Of a DNA stretch of 64,000 nt, positions 25,798 to 35,540 are shown piece by piece; within the stretch, counting starts at the first letter, position 1; every line of letters begins with the position of its first letter. Origin of the DNA: Phoronis australis (lineage: Eukaryota > Animalia > Phoronida). The notes beneath the pieces were generated by a model that had not been told where the DNA came from, searched no databases, and saw only the letters and a program-made list of their open reading frames with translations. The stretch is taken from assembly GCA_002633005.1 (NCBI GenBank), contig NMRA01000078.1:248001-312000 (forward strand), given 5' to 3'. Both the position numbers and the translations under genes were made by a program.

Positions 25798-27379
25798 ACA
25801 CAGCAATACAGCGTTGAATGTACGTTTATACTTTTAGATTAGTGGAAAACTGGGAAATCTGTCACAAATCATTACCACACTTAAAATATGACTAAAATCA
25901 AACAACACGCCTGTAGGTCGCAGAAACTTAATAATTTCTAGTAAAATCGGCATGCCACTGGTTTTGGTATTTATTAAAATCGCATTTTCAAACCCTCAAC
26001 TTTTAGTTATAAACAAAGAACAAGCCATTCAAATTTTCAGTGTGATGCAACACAAAGTAAGTCGGTTATTATTGACCAGTATGAACAAACAAATAAGATT
26101 TCACAATTCTGACTGGACGCACGTAGTCACGAACATCATCAGGGACTCGCAAGATAGTGCGCGGTCGTTCCGCGGGTTGTGTATCTCCGAATCCAGCGTT
26201 TCCTACAAACCCCTGACATTCTTTTTTGGTCTACCACTGAAGTATTAAATATAAAACCAGTTTATCACAAAAGGTATGCTTTTACGACCTAAACCGTTGT
26301 GACTTAAGTCATAATTCAGGTGATGAACACGGTTTCAAACTGCTGAACACGGTTTCAAAGTCATTTTCTCGAAAGGCGTCGCTTCGGTTGGCGATCCGGT
26401 TGCCAGCCGACTAGAGCGACGTCTTTCGTGAAAACGGTTTCACAGCAGATTTCGCACCACCAAGCTAAAGAGCCTTTGTAACTTGACGAGCTCAGATCAC
26501 AGCCCCGATGGCACTGGTTTATTTTTTATTGTCTAGATAATTAGCTTTGAGATTATTTAAAAACACCTGCAAACTTCAACAAGCTGACGACTACCAGTAT
26601 GGGCGGCCATTTTACGTACGCTACATAAGGACGCCAAGAGATCCGGCACACTGGTCCCAAAAACGCCCCGAGTTTTTAAAAAGCCAAAAATCCTAAGGCG
26701 GCGGAGCGAACTCTTGTGTGAGAGGCAGAATAATAGGCACCCAGGACAAGGCGCTCTTTAAGTGAGAAAATATGAGTGCATAAGAACATCAGAATGTTCT
26801 TTCAGCAAGGCATGTGTAGTGCGTCGTTTCGTTATTTTCACGAAATTTACCACGACCCCTTGAAAAAACGTGGGCACCCCGACCCCCTTGTTTGCGGCCG
26901 CCAATGGAATCGAACGCGTATCTCGGAATTGACAGGCGCATACCTTAAACAATACACCACATAAGCTTGTCAAAATCTTATAGACTCTCAAAAATAATGT
27001 GTACATGACTAAATCTGTCCAATATCTGGCGTCGTCGAATTCGTGAGTGCATCTGCGAAGAAAAAATAAGATGTAGGCTACATATAGAAACACCTTATGT
27101 ACTGTCGTTTTCAACTATGAACGCCACATCGTGCGCGCACAAAACCTGGGAATCCGTTGCAGGAGAAAGGCTGTGTGTCTGTTTGGTTATTGTAGGCTTG
27201 TTTTGACATGGAATCCTTCAGTTTATGCTCAAGCAAAGATACTATATCCCATAAAATCTTTGGCTCAAGTGGGCAGACCACGACAGTCGCAAAAACTAAG
27301 ATCACGTGACCCTTCGAAAGAACTGTAAACCGGAACTAAGAGAACCAGCAGCAACCTTTCAACGGGCTTCTGAGGACTG

Positions 27380-27750
27380 AATTGACATCATCGTTTTTAC
27401 GGCCGAAAACGCACTTTTTGGGACTATTGCTGTACGGAATAGACTTCGAATCCTTAAGTTATTAACTTTGACCAGAGATATAAAACAAAATTCGTCGTTT
27501 TTGTGATTTTACTTCATATAGCCGATGTCTGCGGTAACATTCCCAGTTAAATACGCTTAAAATACATTGTCATCGCCACAGCTAACGTCTCAACAGGGCA
27601 GCGATACGATCTATGTTACTATTTATCGAGAGAGATTTACACGTCAGAAGAGCGTTTGGCTACGAATTAATTAACTCGAGGTTAAGCCTACGGGTTCGAA
27701 TACGCGCTTGGGGTTCTTTTCAGAAAATCACCTTTTTAGCCGATAATGTA
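27380..27750 (+). repeat. Interspersed repeat, copy of ~9150-9480
   Basis: Collinear shared blocks including ggttcgaatacgcgcttggggttcttttcagaaaatcacc. Confidence 0.55.
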
Positions 27751-30280
27751 AAAAATATGAGCACAGCCGCAAAAATCGCTTTCGCGTTATATCGAGGTTC
27801 TCATTCATTCTCTTGCATTCACAGGCCGATAATTCATTTGAATCACTTGAAAGCTAAGCTGCGTCGACAGAAAATGCCAAGTTTCCCTACGAAAAGGTGT
27901 TCTTTTCAACACAATACACAGCTAAAGGGTTCTCTCGGGAAACCTAAAAATTTCTTACTTTATTTAAGTTCGCCGAGATGAAAAGAGTACATTTCAAAGG
28001 GTTGTTTATTGAATTTAAATTCAATAAATAAGCCTACTGTAGAGATTACGTTATGTGAGCAAACAGTTGCATTATGGTAACTCACAAAGTTCTTTAGGCT
28101 ACAAATGGGTCCCTTCAAACCGAGTTTACTCTCTAGGAGATGACTGTTAGGCGTGCAGACTCTCTAAAAGCTATGGACTATACTAATTTCTCAGCGGCAC
28201 ACCACAGTGAAAACTGCTCCCAGGGAGTTCATGCACAGAATACCTACCAAGTGACATAGGTTTCTACGCTTTAGTCATAAACCCCCTCGACTATATTTTT
28301 GACGCCAGGGTGCGACTGGAAAACATAACATCCACCCACTTAGATAGTGAACTCTAAAAAGGGAATCATATGTAGGGAGCTTCTGTGTCCATGAAAAAGT
28401 CACCTTTCCGTAGAACAACAACTTTTCATGGAGATTTTAATTCCATAAACCCAACCCATTCGTTAGGATTTTATTTCGCAACGAAACTAGGAAATAAGGA
28501 TATTTTAATGTCATTTATATTTTGAAAGCTCCAAAGGGTTTTCAAAAAAAAAAAATCCTTGAAACTTCTAGATTTTTGCACTGAAAGAAAGTTAGTATTG
28601 AATTCTATGTACAGCATATAAACATAATTTGTAAGGACTCGAGAAGTGGCTACCAGACATGGGTGCATGAAAACGAGCCTTTGATTAGGAATGGAATAAA
28701 AAGCCACTTTTGCAGGAAATTTTGTCGAAAAAAGAATCCTATCACAGGGAAATTGTTCGTGTAAAGTCACTCGCCTGAGCGGCACGGCCCACATACCTTA
28801 CGTTTTCTAGGGGAGTATCCCCGGGTGAGACTCTTTATGAATTCCCATTCACAGAAGTATAAACTCAAGCTTTATTATTTGAAAACCGCTGGCCCGATAA
28901 AACAGTTGCAGTAGCAAATAGCATAAAGCTTGTTTGTAAACGTGTTGCAATGAATAGCTTTTGGCCTTTTTAGACAATGGTTACCGACAACAAAGTGGTG
29001 AAACTTTTCTCAGTAGCTGGCAGTAGCCCAAAACAATCGCGCGCGAGTGGAGTACATGGTCCCCGGAAAGTTAAAGGGTGGATTACAGTGAAGAATTGTC
29101 TATACACATGTACTGCTTAATATCGCTAAATAAATATTTGACAACAACTCGCCCGGCCAAGAAGAGCTGCATCCGATTTTTAAAAGGCTTCCGAGACACA
29201 TCGAGGCTAAACCTACGACCTGGACGCAAAGCGACACAAAGCTAAGTCTTCCTCACGAGAACAGAGGCCCAGAGAATGTAGCCCAGAAAGAAGACGTCAT
29301 CTCTGAACAAACCGAGTCGAAGAAACCCAAGACAGGACAAGTTACATACGACGGTGATCTGCACACAATGTTAAGTTTATGCAGCTTATTGTGATAGAGA
29401 GGGGTCATTTTGAAAGACTTGCTTTGACGGGGATGACGTCCGTTTGTTCTCACCGGCAGTGAAAATAATAGACGGTGAGTGAAAGGCGAATAAAAACAGT
29501 GATTATTTACATGGGAAATAACTATTTACAACAAATAGCGACATGCGCTTGGGGCATTACGGTCCACAAATCGGTGGATAACGGATGGTCATTATTTGAT
29601 GTGAAGACGAATATACACTGTGCACGAGACAGCGGATTCTGCTGTGGATTTCAGAAAACTACTCTCACCGATCCAAACCTACGTTGAGTTACCGCAACGA
29701 ACGCAATTCCATGGGTTGGGGTTTGAAAGAGGGTAAAAGTGAAGACTTTATTCGTTTTTAAATATAAGATACTTGATACGCTGTGCAGTTGTTCAACGTA
29801 TTATCATAACAGGCGCTAAACCGACCGGGCATAGCTGAAGGCAAAAGGGTGACTGGTAGAGGCGCAAATGAAAACATTGGAGCATTCAAGAGAGCGGTAT
29901 ATTACAGTTATATGGCGTCGAAATACAAAGAACAATGCCGGTGGCCCTTTCAGCCCGTTTTTTCAAGTGTTTATTTTTCTAGCAAGTCAACTTGATGTTC
30001 TACTAACCCAGTCAGATACTAGAACAAACACTGTTACGAGTCATGTGTCGAGAATTTACAAGAGACGGATCTATTTGGACCCACCAACTAACGGGACACG
30101 CTAAGTAAAAGGCATTCGTCTGGAGAGAACGGATATTTCCGTGAGTCAATATTTAATATAAACAGTAAAGTACCCGCCGAATCAACAAGTGGCCGGGTGC
30201 TTGTTTGACTGCCCCTAGGTATACAGGCTGTATACGACTCGCGGTTGGGCGAGTCCTAGCGAACAGTAGAACTGTTTGAC

Positions 30281-31888
30281 ATGGCAGTTCATTTTGCTAA
30301 CCAAGGCAGTTCCACTTTCGGCGGCAGACGATACAGGAGCAGAGACTCCGAAAGAGCTTTTAACTCGTGGTTACGCACGACAAACAGAGACCGCGAAAAC
30401 AACAATGGGGACACCTACAAAGAAGCGTTCATTCCTCGAGTGTCATTTCCGACGCCGGATTGCCTAAAGTGGTTATTTAGGAAATACCAAAAACACACAG
30501 AGATTGACCCTCATCACGTGACGCTAGAGCAGTTGGCGAAACCGCACGACTGTAAAGAGCTCGGGTGCACAAGAGTTGTGATAAATTGTAGTGGACATAT
30601 CTTTGAAACTCAAGAACGAACCCTTAACAGATATCCAAACACTTTGATGGGAAACCCGAAGACAAGACGTAAATTTTGGGATGAATACAAGAAGTGTTAT
30701 TTCCTTGACAGACACGCGCCGACGTTCGAAGCTGTGTTGTTCTATTACCAGAGCGGTGGACGCTTGAACCAACCCAAAGAAGTTCCAGACGACATATTTC
30801 TGAAGGAACTCGACTTCTACAAGTTGGGTTTAGAGACTGTAAACGAGTTCCGCGTGAGGTCCGGTTACATTCCGGAAGACAACATTGTCCTTCCTGAAGG
30901 AGAAACAAAGCGGAAAATATGGACAGCGTTTGAGCATCCAAACTCGTCTTGGTTGGCAATGGCGATAACAATTGTGAGCATCGCTACTATACTGACGTCC
31001 ATTCTCAGCCTGTGTTTAGAGACGCTACCTGACCTCAACCCCGGCCACAATAACAACTGCATCGCCATCGCCGGCGGCAGCGTGTACTACTTCGAGAACC
31101 CGTTCTTCATCATCGAGTCTATCTGCGTGTCGTGGTTTGTCATCGAACTTTGCCTCCGGTTCGCCTCATGCCCAGACAAGGTACAGTTCGTAAAAAGCGT
31201 CATGAACGTGTTCGATGCGTTAGCCATAGCTCCGTTCATCGTGGGACTCCTCATCATTCTCGCAAACTCGGACTGCGACAGCGAAAGGAAAGACGTATCG
31301 TTCGCCTTCCTGCGCGTGCTGCGGCTGCTACGAGTGTTCAGAGTGTTCCGATTGTCAAAGCATTCCACTGGACTCAAGATATTGATCTTGACCATCGAGA
31401 GGAGTCGACGAGAGATAGTTCTCTTTTTCTTTTTCCTCTCTGTCTGCGTCATTCTGTTTGCCGGCGCCATCTATTACGCCGAGGTGCATTATATGGACAC
31501 CAAAATTATCAGCATTCCCGAAGGATTCTGGTGGACTATCATCACCATGACAACCGTTGGCTATGGCGACGTGTATCCAACAACGTTGATTGGGAAGTTG
31601 ATTGGTTCCATGTGCGTTATCGCAGGAGTGCTGACAGTGGCGCTCCTAGTGCCCATAGTGGTGACAAACTTCAATAACTTTTACATTCACCAGTCCGAGA
31701 AGGCCATGGTGAGTTCTCGACGAGAGAAGAACTACGCGGAGATAAGACATGAGAAAAAACGCATATACAAGTGGGCCTTTGAACAACAAAACACACCACG
31801 AGACAGTGAGCCCAGGTCCTCCAACATATCACCAAGGGAGACAAGTCCAAGAGTCTCTGAGGGATTAATCAGAGATAATGGGGTTTAA
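30281..31888 (+). CDS. Voltage-gated potassium channel, Shaker/Kv1 (KCNA)-like, intronless CDS, 535 aa, divergent
   Basis: T1 domain (RVVINCSG..FETQ..TL..YPNTLMG, YYQSGGRL), six hydrophobic segments, S4 FLRVLRLLRVFRVFRLSKHS, pore FWWTIITMTTVGYGDVYP, S6 GVLTVALLVPIVVTNF. Confidence 0.95.
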   Translation: MAVHFANQGSSTFGGRRYRSRDSERAFNSWLRTTNRDRENNNGDTYKEAFIPRVSFPTPDCLKWLFRKYQKHTEIDPHHVTLEQLAKPHDCKELGCTRVVINCSGHIFETQERTLNRYPNTLMGNPKTRRKFWDEYKKCYFLDRHAPTFEAVLFYYQSGGRLNQPKEVPDDIFLKELDFYKLGLETVNEFRVRSGYIPEDNIVLPEGETKRKIWTAFEHPNSSWLAMAITIVSIATILTSILSLCLETLPDLNPGHNNNCIAIAGGSVYYFENPFFIIESICVSWFVIELCLRFASCPDKVQFVKSVMNVFDALAIAPFIVGLLIILANSDCDSERKDVSFAFLRVLRLLRVFRVFRLSKHSTGLKILILTIERSRREIVLFFFFLSVCVILFAGAIYYAEVHYMDTKIISIPEGFWWTIITMTTVGYGDVYPTTLIGKLIGSMCVIAGVLTVALLVPIVVTNFNNFYIHQSEKAMVSSRREKNYAEIRHEKKRIYKWAFEQQNTPRDSEPRSSNISPRETSPRVSEGLIRDNGV

Positions 31889-32025
31889 TGGCAACACAAC
31901 CGTTTTTGGTGTAAGGTTTACTAAAAATACAGATCTTGGTTGTCTATGAAATACTTTTTCTGTGTTAATTACGGTTAATAAAATTTATCAAAACAGGAAG
32001 TGTCCAGTAACTTCTGCTAATATAA

Positions 32026-33777
32026 AACAAGAGCAACGCGGAGCACTGAAATGCGCCCACCAATGTATCGCAAATGGTGTGCTTTTAGGGTTATTTATTT
32101 GTATCATAAAAATGGCCACTAGATGGCGCAAAAATGTACAATCCATCCAAAAATGGGAACATGCCATATGTCATAAAAATCTGTCAAAGAACTTCAGAGA
32201 AACAAAGGAAAACAGAACAAAATGAAATTGCCACTAGTGGGCACAGCGTCCTGTTCATCCGCCTGAAAGTCATCGTCTGTTATCTTCATATGAATTCACT
32301 TACTAAATTTAATAAAGATCCTGCAGTGGGTTTTGGAGATGCTGCTACGGGTGCAAAACAAAACATAACTACCACTAGGAGGCGCCACAGTAGTCACTCA
32401 CCATCATCAAACGTCCTCTTCACACTGAAATCATGTACGTTAATTTTCAAAACCATCCCTGGAATGATTTGGTTGATCGAGGGGTGGACGCCAAACACAA
32501 GATTTGAAAACACCAAAAATGGCCACCAGGTGTTGCAAAATACCTTAATTCCATCCAAAAACAGGATGATAGCGTCATCTCACCAATAGATGCCTCTATT
32601 CAAAATTTTATGAAAATCTCTTGAGGACCTTTGAAGATACAGACTGGTAAACGTAAAAAACTAAAATTGCCACTAGGGGGCACACCAAAAGTCAGATCCA
32701 TCTGAATGTCGTCGTCGTCCATTGTCAATATCATGTAAATACACTTGCTAATTTAAGTAAAGATCCTGCAAACGGTTTAATAGATACAGCCATGAGCGCA
32801 AAAAAAATGAAACCGCCACTAGGAGGCGGCAAAGTAGTTGAACTCATCGGAAAATCGTCGTCAGCCGTCCACTTCATAGTAAAAACATACGTGCCAATTT
32901 TCACAATTATCCTGAAAGCGGTTTGGTTGATAGACGAGTGGACGCCGAAAAACAGACTCGCAAACAGTGAAAATGGCCACTAAGTGGCGCAAACTAAGTC
33001 GAATCCATCTGAAAACGGAGAGATAGTGTCACCTCATTAACAGATGCCTATATGCCAAATTTTATGAAAATACATAGAGGACCTTTGAACATACAGAGGT
33101 AAACGTAAAAAAATAAAATTGCCACAGTGGCAATTTTATTTTTTTACGTTTAACTCTGTATGTTTACACCAGTAGTCAGATCCGTCTGAAAGTCGTCCTC
33201 TGTTGTTAACATCATAGAAATACACTTACTAAATTTAGTAAAGATCCTGCAAACGGTTTAGGGGATACAGCCATAGGTGCTAAAAAACAAAACTGCCACT
33301 AGGAGGCGTCACAGTAGTCAAAATCGTCGGAAAATCATCGTCAGCCGTCCACTTTATAGTAAGAACATACATGCCAATTTTCACAATCATCCTTTGAGCG
33401 GTTTGGTTGATAGAGGGGTGGATGCAAAAAAACAGACTCACAAACAATAAAATTGGCCACTAGGTGGTGCAAACCACATCAAATCCATCTGAAAACGGGA
33501 GGATAGCGTCATCTCACTCATAAGTGCCCCTATACTAAATTTTATGAATATCCGTTCAGGACTTTTGAAGATACAGAGGTAAATGTAAAAAAACTAAAAT
33601 TGCCACTAGGGAACACACTGGTAGTCGGATCCGTCCGAAAGTTCGCTCATGCTGTCCCATCTACAAAAGGAACACGTGCAAAATTTCATGAACATACGTT
33701 TTGGAGATAGAGCAGCAGACGCCGGACGGAGATGACAGCATAATGCGTCCACATATAAATATGTGGGCGCATAAAAA
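32026..33777 (+). mobile_element. Non-autonomous Helitron/Helentron-like element with an internal ~150-bp tandem array organised as a ~450-480-bp trimer
   Basis: Starts aacaagagc; subterminal inverted pair atgcgcccac (32051-32060) / gtgggcgcat (33763-33772); 3' hairpin atgcgtccacatat-aa-atatgtgggcgcat (33743-33772) followed by A's; ~11 internal monomers (aaattt..tgaa.atc...gatacag...ccactag). Confidence 0.7.
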
Positions 33778-35063
33778 TGAAATGGTAAATCGGTCAAAAG
33801 CAGGGGGCCACGATCATGAACAAAGGTGGGTCTAAAAAATGAACACCAGGTGGTGCTTTGTAGCGATACAAAAGTGGATGGGCAGGGGGGCCCAGACCTC
33901 TGCACACCCCGAGTCCGCACCTGCTTCAGAAAATGCCAAGAATACCTCCACGGTACCCTTTTTCAAGAATGGCTAGCTTCAAATATTACAGAAATTTTGT
34001 TGCACCAGTTAAGCTTTTAACAAGCAAAAATCAGTTTAATGTTTTAAAGCACAATACAGAATAGCTAAGCAGCAATTAAGAGAGCAGTACTTTTTTCTCC
34101 TCACAAAAATTCAATTCCTCAGATGTGAACATTACGCAGAAGGGACTCTAACACAAGTTGATTTTGCAGGAAAGCAATATAGGTTTGATCTGTAAATGGG
34201 TTTATTATCAAGTCAACAATAACCAAAAAAATCTCCAGTTTAGGACAGCGAAAATTAATTATTAAGCTCAAGGTCGGAGTTTGTACTAAATTTTAGAAAT
34301 AGGCAGTCTTGGCTGTTCCAAATTAAAGAATTCCGATCAACAAAAAATGGTCACTCACCTCGGCATTGTACACTAAGGCACTCATGAAAACATTATGTCA
34401 GTGGCTGTCTTAAACGATTTTAACAACTGCCAAGCCAAGTATATTTTCAGACTGTTGATTTGAAGCCCAATGACTGATATTTTAGAAATACGATAAACGC
34501 CAAAATCGCCCATGTCTCAATGTTCAGAATATAGGAAATTCAATTTTGGCTTGAATTTTCTGTAACCCAAATTTTTTAAAAAGACTGTGTCCCAATCTCG
34601 AGAAGTTTTACTGTACACTCCTTTCAACTGATATTTTCATAACCAACCTTGTTTATGTTTATCATAAATATGTTTATCGATTCAGGCCAAATCAGACTGT
34701 ATGCAAACAATCTCTTTTGCGGTGTTTACTTCACACAAAGACGATGCACTGTTCCTGCCTTGAATGACAACCCAAATTCAACACACACACACACAACCCT
34801 AGAGCTGAAAAATGAAACTTACATCTACTGCTTGCTTTTTGCAAAATGTGTTAAAATTATTACATTATTTTAAGTTATAAATTTGATGAAATCGTCTCAG
34901 TGGAATGCCTGATTTTCTGAAAATTAATGTACCAAAACACCATATTCTGATTTGTGTGAACTACGTCGGAGTACTTTTGTTCATTCCATGACATGCCACC
35001 AGGTGTCGTGTCATAGTATGTAAACACTTACTCACCTACATGTGAACTTTAAACATTTAAAGA

Positions 35064-35122
<59 letters not shown>

Positions 35123-35126
35123 TGTG
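35064..35126. repeat. (TG)n microsatellite
   Basis: Near-perfect TG run. Confidence 0.95.
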
Positions 35127-35430
35127 TTCTGGACAATGAAAGCAACATGTTTGAAAGAATTTTAAATTAAATACCAGTTAAAAAGTACGACAGCACCTAA
35201 GCAATTATAACATCAACCAGCGCACATGTACTTAAAATGAACACTGAAAACCGCTCTGACTATCACATCAACTCACTAAGTCCAGCATTGTGTACAAGAT
35301 AAAGGAAAAAATGAAGTTGCCTCCTAACATGATCAAAGGAGGAAGAGGCTGGAGGTATGTCTCACGGTCTAATTGCACCTACAGTGCACAGTGTCTGTTC
35401 TAATAAAGGGACATATTATTCACTAATCGA

Positions 35431-35540
35431 ACTCCACCTGCCTCCACTGTCCTCTACTGGCCTCCACTCTCCTCTACTGGCCTTCACTGTCCGCTACTGG
35501 CCTTCACTGGCCTCCACTGTCCTTCACTGGCCTCCACTGT
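35431..35540. repeat. 10-bp tandem repeat (cctccactgg consensus), ~11 copies, directly after the ANKRD16 stop codon
   Basis: cctccactgt cctctactgg cctccactct cctctactgg ccttcactgt ... Confidence 0.9.

Noticed and set aside
30524-31677. Antisense and alternative-frame ORFs over the Kv gene (up to 181 aa)
   Set aside because: Shadow ORFs of a GC-rich coding sequence with no recognisable motifs.
31962-32983. ORFs of 87, 151 and 63 aa downstream of the Kv gene
   Set aside because: They lie within the non-coding tandem array; no Rep/helicase or transposase motifs.
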